From a virus, in the IMG/VR virus record IMGVR_UViG_3300025131_000056: a stretch of 52,753 nucleotides of DNA, one strand, 5' to 3'. The stretch's first letter is position 1; every line of letters begins with the position of its first letter. Position numbers and translations under genes: made by a program. This document shows positions 25,700 through 35,459 of the stretch, piece by piece. The notes under the pieces were generated by a model. That model ran no database searches, was not told the origin of the DNA, and worked only from the letters and a program-made list of their open reading frames with translations.

Positions 25700-26466
25700 G
25701 GTCGAAGAATTTTATAATTACTAGTGGTTCTCTAGTGGGTATTGATCATGTTTATGGCGGGATAAATAATCAAGATGCTCTTGGTATTGTCTCTAGAAAA
25801 AATAGAATTGTTGGTATAGTATTTGATGGTTGCGGAAGTGGCAGTAGAACAGAATTTGGATCTATATTTGCTGCTCAATGGCTACCAAGTTTTATTGCCG
25901 ATTATCCTTATTCCATTACTGATGAATCTATGAAATTGTTTGGTGATAAGATTTGTCAAAAAATAAGTCAGATGGCAAATGTTATGGATATTGATGATGA
26001 ATATAAGTCTAATCTTATAGTAGATCACTTTCTGTTTACTATTTTAGGTTTTATTATTGAAGAAGAGCAGACATATATATTTGGATTAGGTGACGGGGTT
26101 TATTTAGTTAATAATGTAATGACAATTTTAGACCCAGATGAAGGCAAGGATGTATCAGCTCCAGACTTTATTTCAAATGCTCCAGATTACATTGCTTATA
26201 ACTTGATTGGTGGTGATGTGGATCTGAAGATTTTAGAAACAATGAAAACATCTCAAGTAGAATCTCTCATAGTTGGAACAGATGGATTAATAGATATAGA
26301 GAATAAACAAAGACATATTTTGAAAGATGGAGAAATTCAGGGTGGTGTTAGTCAATTCTTGGATCCTAAGTTTAAAAATATATATGAAACGCAAAAGCGA
26401 CTATATACTTTAGGCACAATAAATAATCAATTAAGAGACGACACAACATTAATTATTGTATCTTAA
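25696..26466 (+). CDS. PP2C-family protein phosphatase-like
   Basis: NNQDALGI, GIVFDGCGSGSRTEFGS, FGLGDGVYLV, IVGTDGLIDI. Confidence 0.75.
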   Translation: MRSKNFIITSGSLVGIDHVYGGINNQDALGIVSRKNRIVGIVFDGCGSGSRTEFGSIFAAQWLPSFIADYPYSITDESMKLFGDKICQKISQMANVMDIDDEYKSNLIVDHFLFTILGFIIEEEQTYIFGLGDGVYLVNNVMTILDPDEGKDVSAPDFISNAPDYIAYNLIGGDVDLKILETMKTSQVESLIVGTDGLIDIENKQRHILKDGEIQGGVSQFLDPKFKNIYETQKRLYTLGTINNQLRDDTTLIIVS

Positions 26467-26478
26467 CCATCATTCTCT

Positions 26479-26501
26479 GGCCCCCCGCAATTGCGGGGGC
26501 C
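26479..26501 (+). terminator. GC-rich hairpin terminator-like
   Basis: GGCCCCCCGCAATTGCGGGGGCC followed by TTTAATACGTAG. Confidence 0.65.
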
Positions 26502-26548
26502 TTTAATACGTAGAAGATTATAAGTCCACAATTATTAAAGGAGAGATA

Positions 26549-27076
26549 ATGTCTAACAAAGAAACATCTATTAAATATATTCAGCATGATATTACAGACC
26601 CAATAGAAACACAAAATATAATTCTTATTGTTCATGTAGTAAATGATATTGGTATTATGGGTGCTGGTGTGGCCAAAGCATTATTTATAAAATGGCCAAA
26701 TGTTAGAAAAGACTATTTAGAATGGTGTAACTTTAAAACTATAGAGCCGAGTTCAGGGCAAACAATTCGTCCATTCGGAATTGGAAAATGTCAATTAGTA
26801 GAAGTTGCGCCTCCCAATATTTATGTAATTAATATGGTAGGTCAAAATGGAATTCGTATTGTTGGAGACTCGATACCTCTTAATTATAGAGAGCTTGTTA
26901 GTTGTTTGAAAGAAGTTGAAAGATTGGCTACACAAATGAATGAACATTTTAAGAGAGATGTTGAAATTCACATGCCTCGTATTGGATGTGGCTTAGCTGG
27001 TGGAAAATGGGAAATCGTTCAAGAAATTATTTTACAAACTATTAAACATCCTGTCACAGTATATGACTGGGAATAA
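26549..27076 (+). CDS. Macro-domain (ADP-ribose-1''-phosphate processing type) protein
   Basis: HVVNDIGIMGAGVAKALFIKWP, INMVGQNG, MPRIGCGLAGGKWEIV. Confidence 0.88.
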   Translation: MSNKETSIKYIQHDITDPIETQNIILIVHVVNDIGIMGAGVAKALFIKWPNVRKDYLEWCNFKTIEPSSGQTIRPFGIGKCQLVEVAPPNIYVINMVGQNGIRIVGDSIPLNYRELVSCLKEVERLATQMNEHFKRDVEIHMPRIGCGLAGGKWEIVQEIILQTIKHPVTVYDWE

Positions 27077-27086
27077 GGAGGTCATG

Positions 27087-27386
27087 ATGGGAAAATGGGA
27101 AGAATTTGCTAAAAATATGCTTGCTTTTATTTCTAGTTTAGATGCAAGTAGAATACAGTTTTTAGCTTACGCAATGACATATGCCCAACACATATTAGTA
27201 AATCTTGATGAAGGGAAAGCAATGGGGATTAACCCAGAGGATGCAACAAAAACTCAAATGCTTTATGTTATTAGCAATCTTGAGGGCGCTGGCGAATCAG
27301 ATTTTCGCAAAATTGAAGAGATGTGTGAAGATGTTGGAGTTAATATATCAAGTGCTATACAAGAAGTAATTAATTCGGAGGAATAA
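27087..27386 (+). CDS. Hypothetical protein (internal start)
   Basis: MGKWEEFAKNMLAFISSLDASRIQFLAYAMTY... Confidence 0.5.
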   Translation: MGKWEEFAKNMLAFISSLDASRIQFLAYAMTYAQHILVNLDEGKAMGINPEDATKTQMLYVISNLEGAGESDFRKIEEMCEDVGVNISSAIQEVINSEE

Positions 27387-27387
27387 A

Positions 27388-27564
27388 ATGAAGAAATTTT
27401 TAGTAGCATTGGTAATTCTAATAAGTATAATTATGATTGGATGCACACAAAACCAAAGAGCAAAGACATTTGGTGGAACAACCACTGTAGATCTTCCATG
27501 TAACATGAAGCGTTGGAAAAATTATGTCCAAATATTACTTTTTTACAATACAAGAATCTGTTAG
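27388..27564 (+). CDS. Small lipoprotein, possibly truncated or frameshifted
   Basis: MKKFLVALVILISIIMIGCTQNQRAKTFGGTTTVDLPC...; lipobox IMIGC. Confidence 0.5.
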   Translation: MKKFLVALVILISIIMIGCTQNQRAKTFGGTTTVDLPCNMKRWKNYVQILLFYNTRIC

Positions 27565-27685
27565 GCAATCTTTTAGAGCGAACAGAAACGAGTGACGGGG
27601 ATTATTATGGTGGTCATGTCACTTATGGAGTGAAATATATATATATTAAATCATTATATGAGTATCTTGTAAATAAGCAATTGAT

Positions 27686-28120
27686 ATGAGAATAACATTT
27701 ATTATAGCATTACCTGGATCTGGCAAAACATATTTAGCTAATGAGCTTAATAGAACAGAAGATAATTATATTATAGATGACCCTTCAAATTTTAAGAAAG
27801 ATGTTTTACCATACTTAGACGGACGAGATCTTATTATTGTAGATCCTCTCCTTTGTATTCCAAAAATAAGACACAAGGCTTGGGATTTAGTCATGAAGGG
27901 ACTTTATTATAACAAAATAGATATTTATAATATAAAAATACAATATATATATTTTGAAAATGATATAAGCCAATGTAAAAAGAATATAGAAAATAGAAAA
28001 CAGGATGGCGATCTAAGAAATGTAGGAATTACTTTAGAACTCTTAGCAGAGTTATATGAAATTCCGAATGATGTTAAGCCTATAAAAATTTGGAAAGAAG
28101 ATGAAAATAAGAGGATATGA
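27686..28120 (+). CDS. P-loop NTPase, (poly)nucleotide-kinase-like
   Basis: TFIIALPGSGKTYLANELN Walker A. Confidence 0.7.
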   Translation: MRITFIIALPGSGKTYLANELNRTEDNYIIDDPSNFKKDVLPYLDGRDLIIVDPLLCIPKIRHKAWDLVMKGLYYNKIDIYNIKIQYIYFENDISQCKKNIENRKQDGDLRNVGITLELLAELYEIPNDVKPIKIWKEDENKRI

Positions 28121-28859
28121 TATAATTGGGGATATCCATAATTGTTCGGGAGAGCTATTTGCTTTATTCGACAAATTAGGATATGAAAATAAGAATGGTT
28201 TAAAAATACATCCGGATGGTAGAATCCCCGTACTTGCTGGTGATTTTTGTGATCGTGGCCCAAACTTTACTCCTATTTATCTTTTTATTAGGGATATGTG
28301 GAATGAAGATCTTTTATTGTCTGTTATGGGCAATCATGATAATAAACTTATGAGAATGTGTAAAGGCAATAATGTTCAAAGAACTCACGGTCTTGACAAA
28401 AGTGAATTAGCAATAGTACAAGCGGAAAAAGATAATTTATTCACGAGGCAAGAAGTTAAAGAACTTATAGAACAATGGCCTTATTTTATGATTCTTGATA
28501 ATGGCAAATTAATTGTTACTCATGCTGCTTGGAAAAAAGAACTAAGACTTAAAAGTCCTACTTCTAATAAAGTAAAATCTTATTGTCTATATGGTCCCGT
28601 TGCTGGATTTCATGAAGATGGAATGCCAGATAGAATTGATTGGGCTGCAGAATATAAATCAAATGGTGAGATCGTTGTCGTTGGACATCAGGTAGTGAAA
28701 GAAGTTCAGATAAGAAATAATGTTTATCAGATTGATACTGGTTGTGTATTTGGTAATAAACTTACAGCACTGAGATATCCAGAAATGGAAATAGTTCAAA
28801 CAAAATCATTTCAAAAATGGGATAGTTCAGAATTTTCTGATAAGATATTAAATGAGTGA
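28101..28859 (+). CDS. Calcineurin-like metallophosphoesterase, Pnkp/PrpE-like
   Basis: GDIHNC, GDFCDRGPN, GNHDNKL, THAAW, VVGHQ. Confidence 0.88.
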   Translation: MKIRGYDIIGDIHNCSGELFALFDKLGYENKNGLKIHPDGRIPVLAGDFCDRGPNFTPIYLFIRDMWNEDLLLSVMGNHDNKLMRMCKGNNVQRTHGLDKSELAIVQAEKDNLFTRQEVKELIEQWPYFMILDNGKLIVTHAAWKKELRLKSPTSNKVKSYCLYGPVAGFHEDGMPDRIDWAAEYKSNGEIVVVGHQVVKEVQIRNNVYQIDTGCVFGNKLTALRYPEMEIVQTKSFQKWDSSEFSDKILNE

Positions 28860-28939
28860 AATATTATTCACAATTTGGGCATTAATTGTAATTGGATTCA
28901 TCATCTTATTATGGCTGTTGCTTCTTAAGGAATGAAAAA

Positions 28940-29494
28940 ATGAGACTATTTTTTATTAACTCTGGAATCCCAGGCTCTGGTAAGACATATTATAGAACTA
29001 ATAATTTTATACAGGATGTTTTAGTTATTTGTCCTGATGAAAAAATTGGTTACACAGACGAAGATCCTTGGACTCCAAAAAAAGCAAGGGATGCTTGGAA
29101 ACAATCAGACCAAGAATTAAAAGACGCTCTTGCTAATGAGTCACAAAAATTAATTCTTTTTGATGCAACATTCACTTCTCCGAAAAAGAGAAAAAAATAT
29201 ATTGGATGGGCGCAGAAAGCAGGAGTACAATTAGTTGGCATTTACATCAATACTGGTTTTAAAATTTGTGAGGCTAGAAATAACGAACGAGAAAAATCAA
29301 GAAAAGTGCCTCCATTTATTTTGAAAAATATGTCAAAAGCACTTCAGTCACCAACAATAGGCGAAGGCTTTTCTGCAGTTATAGATGTTGAAAAAAAGAT
29401 TGTTTATCATAATGGTGATAAAGAATTTTTAAATAAGCTAAATGAAATAATAAACCTTTCACAATACAATAAGAAAAAGGAGAAATCTGAATGA
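28940..29494 (+). CDS. Polynucleotide-kinase-like P-loop kinase (internal start of ORF 28892..29494)
   Basis: MRLFFINSGIPGSGKTYY...LFDATFTSPKKRKKYIGWAQKAG...NNERE. Confidence 0.8.
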   Translation: MRLFFINSGIPGSGKTYYRTNNFIQDVLVICPDEKIGYTDEDPWTPKKARDAWKQSDQELKDALANESQKLILFDATFTSPKKRKKYIGWAQKAGVQLVGIYINTGFKICEARNNEREKSRKVPPFILKNMSKALQSPTIGEGFSAVIDVEKKIVYHNGDKEFLNKLNEIINLSQYNKKKEKSE

Positions 29495-30507
29495 AGGATT
29501 TTTATAAAACACTGCAGGTTTCCTCACATGCGGATAAAGATATCATTGCTGCAGCCTATAAACAACTAATGAAAAAACATCATCCTGATTCTGGTGGGGA
29601 TATAGATATTGCCCAATCTATGAATGAGGCTTTTGAGGTATTATCCAATGACATTAAAAGGAAAAAATATGACGACGAATTAGCCGACTTAGAGGGTAAA
29701 AAAATTGGGAATTATATCTTAGAAAAGAAGATAGCTGAAGGGGGATATGGAACAACATATAGAGCAAAGCATATAGTTACTAACAAGCTTGCTTGCATTA
29801 AGCACAGGCCAGAAACTGATCCTTTGCTTGATAAGATTATTATTGAAGAAACACAATCTATTTGGGATTTAAGACATTTTTCAATACCTTCTGTAAAAGA
29901 TTTACATCAGCTTGATGATGGGACTTATGCTTTGATTATGAGTTTTATTCCTGGTCCAACAATCGAAGAGCTTGTAGACAAGAAGGGAATGATTGATCCA
30001 GAAAATGTTTGTTGGATAACAGATAGAATTTTAAATGCCTTTCTTTATCTTCATACTCATGGTGTAGTTCATGGTGACATGAAACCACAGAATGTTATTA
30101 TTCAAGAAGATGATCATACTGTGGTTGTTATCGATTATGGCTTAGCAATGGTTAGACCAAGAAGCGGAGAAAGAAGTAAAGGGTATACAGAAGTATTTGC
30201 GCCTCCAGAACAAATAGGTGGACTACCCCTAATTCCCCAATCAGATTATTATAGTCTAGGCATGACAATGCTTTATATGCTAAACGGAGATATAAAGAAA
30301 GCTAATAGGAAGCAAATACCAAGTACTACACCTCAACCATTATGTGATTTCATAATTGATTTACTTAAAAGAGATGCTCTCTCAAGACCAGATTTTGTAG
30401 TAAGATCTGATGAGGCAAAAGGTATATTTACATTACAAGAAAAATTAGAAAAAACGAGACTCGATAGCTTTGGTAGAATTAATTCATTTCTTAAGAAAAT
30501 TGTTTAA
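29491..30507 (+). CDS. J-domain / Ser-Thr protein kinase fusion
   Basis: DFYKTLQVSSHADKDIIAAAYKQLMKKHHPDSGG; GNYILEKKIAEGGYGTTYRA; GVVHGDMKPQNVII; VIDYGLA; APPEQ. Confidence 0.9.
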   Translation: MKDFYKTLQVSSHADKDIIAAAYKQLMKKHHPDSGGDIDIAQSMNEAFEVLSNDIKRKKYDDELADLEGKKIGNYILEKKIAEGGYGTTYRAKHIVTNKLACIKHRPETDPLLDKIIIEETQSIWDLRHFSIPSVKDLHQLDDGTYALIMSFIPGPTIEELVDKKGMIDPENVCWITDRILNAFLYLHTHGVVHGDMKPQNVIIQEDDHTVVVIDYGLAMVRPRSGERSKGYTEVFAPPEQIGGLPLIPQSDYYSLGMTMLYMLNGDIKKANRKQIPSTTPQPLCDFIIDLLKRDALSRPDFVVRSDEAKGIFTLQEKLEKTRLDSFGRINSFLKKIV

Positions 30508-30521
30508 AAGGAGATACGAAA

Positions 30522-31520
30522 ATGTCAGAACATAATGATTATACACCAGCCCCACATTGGTCCGGTCACACTTCATTTAAAAGCGCAAGAGCAGCATATA
30601 ATTCTAATGCTAGCAGAAGCTATTCTAAAGCAAAGAGTAGTGGCAAAACTACAAAAGATTTAGTCCTGCCATCAATTAAAACCGAAGCAAAGACTCCTAT
30701 TGTGATCTTAGTAGATGTTACTGGATCAATGGGCGCTTGGCCAGCTACTATGTTTAGTAAATTGCCTTATCTAGAACATGAGGCGAAAGAGTATTTTGGT
30801 GATGATATTGAGTTTGCTTGGGGTGCTGTTGGCGATTACCAATATGATTCATATTGGTTTCAGGTTCAACCCTTTTCCAAAGAGGCAGAAATTAAGGATA
30901 CTCTAGGAAAAATTGTTGTAGAAGGTGGTGGTGGTGGAGATGTTCAAGAAAGTTATGCTCATGGTGCTTTATATTGTGCTCGCAATATTGAAATGTCTAA
31001 TGCAGTTAATCCTATTCTGATTATGATTGGTGATGAGGGATTTCATGATCGTATTAGCAAAGAAGATGCTAAAACAATGCATGTAGATATTGAAGGAAGA
31101 TCCATTAGGGCAAAGGAAGTTTTTGAAGAATTACATAGAAAATTTTCTACATATCTCATTCGTAAGCCATATCACGGCAATTCTTTTCCAGACGATCTTA
31201 GTGAGATGTCCATTGGTGAAAAGCGCATTGAAGAACAATGGCTAGATGTTTTTAGTGAGGATCGTATTATTAGATTACCAAATGCAGAAAGAGTTGTTGA
31301 TTCAATCTTTGGCATTTTTGCTAAGGAAACTGGAAGATTTGATTATTTCAAGGAGGAGCTTGAGGATCGTCAAAGGCCAGATCAAGTAGATACTGTTTTC
31401 AAATCACTAAAGACTGTCCACATGGATGAACTTGGTGATGGTAGCCCAAAACTATTAAAGTCAGGTAATTCTAAAATACATGGCATGACTAAGGGCAAGA
31501 AAACTAAGCCCCTGATGTAA
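30522..31520 (+). CDS. von Willebrand factor A (vWA) domain protein
   Basis: TPIVILVDVTGSMGAWPATMFSKL (MIDAS-like), GGGGDVQESYAHGAL, PILIMIGDEGFHD. Confidence 0.85.
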   Translation: MSEHNDYTPAPHWSGHTSFKSARAAYNSNASRSYSKAKSSGKTTKDLVLPSIKTEAKTPIVILVDVTGSMGAWPATMFSKLPYLEHEAKEYFGDDIEFAWGAVGDYQYDSYWFQVQPFSKEAEIKDTLGKIVVEGGGGGDVQESYAHGALYCARNIEMSNAVNPILIMIGDEGFHDRISKEDAKTMHVDIEGRSIRAKEVFEELHRKFSTYLIRKPYHGNSFPDDLSEMSIGEKRIEEQWLDVFSEDRIIRLPNAERVVDSIFGIFAKETGRFDYFKEELEDRQRPDQVDTVFKSLKTVHMDELGDGSPKLLKSGNSKIHGMTKGKKTKPLM

Positions 31521-31529
31521 GGATATAAA

Positions 31530-32537
31530 ATGAAAGATCTTAATCTTTTTGTTACTCTTTGGCCGAGTTTTTCACACTTTAATGAATTTTCCAAGGACAA
31601 TCGCTTAAGTGGTATTAGATTAAATTCAGCTATGGTTAAAGGACCAGAGCTAAAGAAAGAATTTGAGATTGCCAAGAAATCAGGAGCATCAGTTCCTCTC
31701 TATTTTGATATCAAGGGTAGACAGCTCCGAGTTGTAGAATCTATCATGGATCCAGATAAAGGAATGCAGTTGATTCTTAATCATTCAATATATGTTAAAA
31801 CTCCTTGTCCTGTCTTATTTAAGGCAGGAGAGGATTCTGCTTTGTTGGTTGATATTAAAGATGATGGTCATCGTCTGATATTTGACCCTAGACCGGGCGC
31901 TCCGAAGTTTTCTATTAGAGAGGGTGAATCATTACATATTAGAGAACCAAGTTTGAAAGTCACAGGCCCAACCTTTTTGGGCTTTGAAAAAAGAAAAATA
32001 GAAGTTGCCAAACAGTTTGGTTTTACAAAGTTTTTTATTTCATATGTTCAAACTCAAAAAGATGTTGATGAATTTAGAGAATTAGTTGGGAGAGATTCTG
32101 AAATATATCTAAAAATTGAGGATGATAAGGGTTTACATTATATAGAAACTGAATATAAAAAAGAAGAGAATGTTAAACTCTGTGCCGCTATGGGAGATTT
32201 ATATGTTGAAGTTCTACATCCACATAATATCTTAGAAGCAGTAAGAGTAGTTATTAAACATGATCCAGAAGCTATGGTTGCATCAAGAATGATGCTTACA
32301 GCGATGACTCAACCAGTGCCTGATGCTAATGATTTTATGCAATTAGCATGGCTTTATGATCAAGGCTTTCGCACTATGATGTTATGCGATGGTCTTTGTC
32401 TTAAAGGTGAGTTATTAGATGCTGCTGTCGAAGCAATGGACGCTTTTAAAGAATCTTACGCAAAAGACGAAAGATTAGCAATAAGGGCTGTTGCTAAAGA
32501 AGAAAGTCAAACATGGTTCCGCAAACTTTTCGGTTAA
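31530..32537 (+). CDS. Pyruvate-kinase-like TIM-barrel protein
   Basis: FFISYVQTQKDVDEFRELVGRDSEIYLKIEDDKGL; AAMGDLYVEV; VASRMMLTAMTQPVPDANDFMQLAWLYDQGFRTMMLCDG follow the pyruvate kinase barrel layout. Confidence 0.68.
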   Translation: MKDLNLFVTLWPSFSHFNEFSKDNRLSGIRLNSAMVKGPELKKEFEIAKKSGASVPLYFDIKGRQLRVVESIMDPDKGMQLILNHSIYVKTPCPVLFKAGEDSALLVDIKDDGHRLIFDPRPGAPKFSIREGESLHIREPSLKVTGPTFLGFEKRKIEVAKQFGFTKFFISYVQTQKDVDEFRELVGRDSEIYLKIEDDKGLHYIETEYKKEENVKLCAAMGDLYVEVLHPHNILEAVRVVIKHDPEAMVASRMMLTAMTQPVPDANDFMQLAWLYDQGFRTMMLCDGLCLKGELLDAAVEAMDAFKESYAKDERLAIRAVAKEESQTWFRKLFG

Positions 32538-32541
32538 CAAA

Positions 32542-32715
32542 ATGAAAAAATATGAAAAAGAAGAAAATGACATTGAATGTGTTTCTTGTGGTCTTATGAA
32601 TGCTGTGAGATTAGAAGAGGCTACCTGTGGATGTATGGTTTGTCCGGGTTGTATTGAGGCAGAAGAGGATGGTGAGTTTGAGTATCATGTCTGTTCTGAG
32701 GACAAAGGGTATTGA
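32542..32715 (+). CDS. Small zinc-binding protein
   Basis: CVSCGLMNAVRLEEATCGCMVCPGC. Confidence 0.55.
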   Translation: MKKYEKEENDIECVSCGLMNAVRLEEATCGCMVCPGCIEAEEDGEFEYHVCSEDKGY

Positions 32716-32739
32716 CAAAAGTAAAACTATTAATACTAT
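32712..32739 (+). promoter_or_regulatory. Putative sigma70-like promoter
   Basis: TTGACA (32712-32717), 16-nt spacer, TACTAT (32734-32739), upstream of ORF 32748..32951. Confidence 0.5.
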
Positions 32740-32747
32740 AGGATATT

Positions 32748-32951
32748 ATGACAGCAAAAAATAACCGATTTCAATATCAACCTTGGTATATAAAATTATG
32801 GAGATATAGATATTATATTAAAATTCCTTTTATTGCTGGATCAATGTTTATAAAATGTAAAACACTTCGGGGACATTGTTATAGTGTTGCCAAGGGACTA
32901 ATGCAAGCAAAAATGAATTGGGTTTATGATTGGGATGAAATAAAAAAATAA
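32748..32951 (+). CDS. Hypothetical protein
   Basis: 67 aa ORF. Confidence 0.5.
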   Translation: MTAKNNRFQYQPWYIKLWRYRYYIKIPFIAGSMFIKCKTLRGHCYSVAKGLMQAKMNWVYDWDEIKK

Positions 32952-32988
32952 AATAAAACATATGCTCCAGATAATTCTGGGGCATTAT

Positions 32989-33060
32989 GCGGAAGTAACT
33001 CAACGGTAGAGTTGGAGTTTTCCGAACTTCATGCTGCGGGTTCAAGTCCCGTCTTCCGCT
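32989..33060 (+). tRNA. tRNA-Gly(TCC)
   Basis: GCGGAAG/CTTCCGC, anticodon arm GGAGT-TTTCCGA-ACTTC, T-arm GCGGG-TTCAAGT-CCCGT. Confidence 0.85.
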
Positions 33061-33153
33061 CTAACAATTTTAATAAGTTATATGATTTCTATTAATATTA
33101 ACAATTGGGTGTTTCAGACAATGCTATAAGAAATCATATAAGGAATTTAGAAA

Positions 33154-33366
33154 ATGATAATATTAGAAAAAACACATAAAAGGCAATTACAATTTATATT
33201 AGATAGATTGGAAAACATAGATGAGAGGCAATTTGCTATTTTAGAATCTATGTTAAAAAAGACATACGGAAAAGATTCTAAATTAGCAAAAGAAATATCT
33301 GATTTATTTAAAATAAATGAAGAACTTAATTATCTTATAGGGCAAATAGAGTCCAAGATAATTTAG
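33154..33366 (+). CDS. Hypothetical protein
   Basis: 70 aa ORF; its stop abuts the next tRNA. Confidence 0.5.
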   Translation: MIILEKTHKRQLQFILDRLENIDERQFAILESMLKKTYGKDSKLAKEISDLFKINEELNYLIGQIESKII

Positions 33367-33440
33367 CGGGAATAACTCAGTGGTAGAGTAGGACGTTGCC
33401 AACGTTCTTGTCGCGAGTTCAAATCTCGTTTCCCGCTCCA
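33366..33440 (+). tRNA. tRNA-Gly(GCC) with encoded CCA
   Basis: GCGGGAA/TTCCCGC-T-CCA, anticodon arm GGACG-TTGCCAA-CGTTC, T-arm GCGAG-TTCAAAT-CTCGT. Confidence 0.9.
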
Positions 33441-33530
33441 ATCCTTACTTGTGCTTCTACAAGTAGATTATAATGTACTGTTACAAGTATATTGTGTTCA
33501 AAAACCTGAAAATAAAGTTAAATAAAACAA

Positions 33531-34070
33531 ATGAAAATTATAATCATAACCTATGCGCTTTTGATTTTTTTTCCACATCTTGATGATATCACAGCAAAAC
33601 GATATGCAAGAAGTATTTATGAAGAATCAGAAGTGTATAATGTGAAAGTTTCTACTATTGTTGCTAGAACATATGTAGAAAGTGGCTTTCACAATATAGT
33701 TAGTAAAAAGTTTGCCTGTAGAATTCGTACAGTTAATCGTAAAAAAGTTAAATATTGTAGACAAAGTTTTGGGCTAATGCAGCCAGAAATAACACCTAGA
33801 ACGAATCCAGAGTATATTGGTAAAGAACATAAATTTATGATTCCTGAAATAAATTTTCATATAGGAACAAAGACTCTTGCTTACTGGAAGCGATGGCATA
33901 AATATAATAGGTGCAAGCACAAACCAAAACATCCATATTGGTTACATTATAAATATGGATATGTTATCCCACCTAAAAAAAGAATCCGACCTAAAGGCGG
34001 GTGGAAAGTAACAAATTTTCAACGTAACTGGAATAGAACAATAAGGACTATTACTCATGGTTTGAAATAA
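33531..34070 (+). CDS. Lytic transglycosylase (SLT-fold)-like protein with N-terminal hydrophobic segment
   Basis: VSTIVARTYVESGFHNIVSK...RQSFGLMQPEI. Confidence 0.6.
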   Translation: MKIIIITYALLIFFPHLDDITAKRYARSIYEESEVYNVKVSTIVARTYVESGFHNIVSKKFACRIRTVNRKKVKYCRQSFGLMQPEITPRTNPEYIGKEHKFMIPEINFHIGTKTLAYWKRWHKYNRCKHKPKHPYWLHYKYGYVIPPKKRIRPKGGWKVTNFQRNWNRTIRTITHGLK

Positions 34071-34098
34071 AATATTTACAGCGTATCATTACAAATTT

Positions 34099-34329
34099 AT
34101 GAAATCATTATCTATGAATGATCTAATAAGTGAGCTATATCTAGATACCATATGTTTTTGTGATTTAAGAATTAATGATCTTGCTGTGTATGAAGAAGAA
34201 GGTGATAGGTATATAGTTAGAATTAAAAAAATAATTATAACATCAAATAATGTAGAATTATTTGATGAGGAATATAATAAGTTTATGGAAGGTCATCCGG
34301 GAGATACGCTATATAAATATGAGGTATAA
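34099..34329 (+). CDS. Hypothetical protein
   Basis: 76 aa ORF. Confidence 0.5.
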   Translation: MKSLSMNDLISELYLDTICFCDLRINDLAVYEEEGDRYIVRIKKIIITSNNVELFDEEYNKFMEGHPGDTLYKYEV

Positions 34330-34341
34330 TAGGACTAAAGA

Positions 34342-35184
34342 ATGATTAAAACACATGGTGAAAATGTAAGAGGCAATAATAAAAAAATAGCTGAAGAGAC
34401 CATACAAATATTAAATCAAGGCTATTATGATATTCATGATGACAGATATAAAATAAAAGAGATAGTAGATTGGGCCATTAAGAATTCACAACATTTATCA
34501 CCTGATGAATTAAAAGAATTATTCAGACAAGATTACAGATCAGACTATGATACTAATATTGTTGTTTCTAATGTAGATACATTTACAGCAGCTAGAGAAT
34601 TAGAAAGACCAGTGTGTTTAAATTTTGCCTCAGGAAAGCATCCCGGTGGCGGCTTTCTAAGAGGTGCTCAGGCACAAGAAGAATGTCTCGCCAGAGCTTC
34701 TAGTTTATTTCCTACAATTAGTCAAATGTCAGATATGTATTCTGCTCACAGAAAAAAAGGTGCTCCTTTTTATACTAGCCATATGACTTATTCGCCAGGC
34801 GTTTTAGTTTTCAGAGATGAGCATGACAATCTAACAGATAATCCTTTTAAAGTGGCGATCATTACATCTCCTGCAACAAACATTAGAAATACTAAAAACA
34901 ATACAGATGAATTTATAAAGCTAATAGAAGTTAAAATGTTAACACGAGCCGCTTATGTTCTTACTATAGCAGCTTTTTATGGTCATAAAGACTTAGTATT
35001 GGGAGCTTGGGGAAGCGGAGTCTTTGGGTTGCCGCCAGGAATGATACCAAACATTTTTAAGTATTTGTTAGATACTAGTTTTCATGGCACATTTGAAAAT
35101 ATAATTTTTGCTATACTTGATAGTTCAAAAGATGAAAAATATATTGGACCTTTCAAGAAGGTATTTGGAGAAATCAATTGCTAA
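34342..35184 (+). CDS. PARG-like (TIGR02452/DUF2263-type macro fold) protein
   Basis: NFASGKHPGGGFLRGAQAQEECLARASSLFP...YSPGVLVFRDE...ITSPATN...LVLGAWGSGVFG. Confidence 0.85.
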   Translation: MIKTHGENVRGNNKKIAEETIQILNQGYYDIHDDRYKIKEIVDWAIKNSQHLSPDELKELFRQDYRSDYDTNIVVSNVDTFTAARELERPVCLNFASGKHPGGGFLRGAQAQEECLARASSLFPTISQMSDMYSAHRKKGAPFYTSHMTYSPGVLVFRDEHDNLTDNPFKVAIITSPATNIRNTKNNTDEFIKLIEVKMLTRAAYVLTIAAFYGHKDLVLGAWGSGVFGLPPGMIPNIFKYLLDTSFHGTFENIIFAILDSSKDEKYIGPFKKVFGEINC

Positions 35185-35459
35185 GAAAAGGAATGATTGT
35201 CAGACTAAGAAGTAATTTAATAGAAGAGATGATGCATGTTTTTACTTCAGAAAAACAAAAGGTGTTTATTAAATATCTTTCTGAATATTTAGAAAGAGAT
35301 CTTGAAATTTTAAGCATAGATAACGTACTACATTTATTAACTTTTGAAGTAATAGAGACAATGGTAATAGATACTATGAATTTTGAAACACATTATCCCG
35401 ATTCTAATATGATGAGAATAGGAGACGAAGACATTCAAGTCTTTGATATTATAGATTAA
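35178..35459 (+). CDS. Hypothetical protein
   Basis: 93 aa ORF. Confidence 0.5.
   Translation: MLRKGMIVRLRSNLIEEMMHVFTSEKQKVFIKYLSEYLERDLEILSIDNVLHLLTFEVIETMVIDTMNFETHYPDSNMMRIGDEDIQVFDIID

Noticed and set aside
27686-28120. Assigning 27686..28120 as zeta toxin
   Set aside because: Only a Walker A and general kinase layout are visible; no zeta-specific motif or antitoxin partner could be supported.
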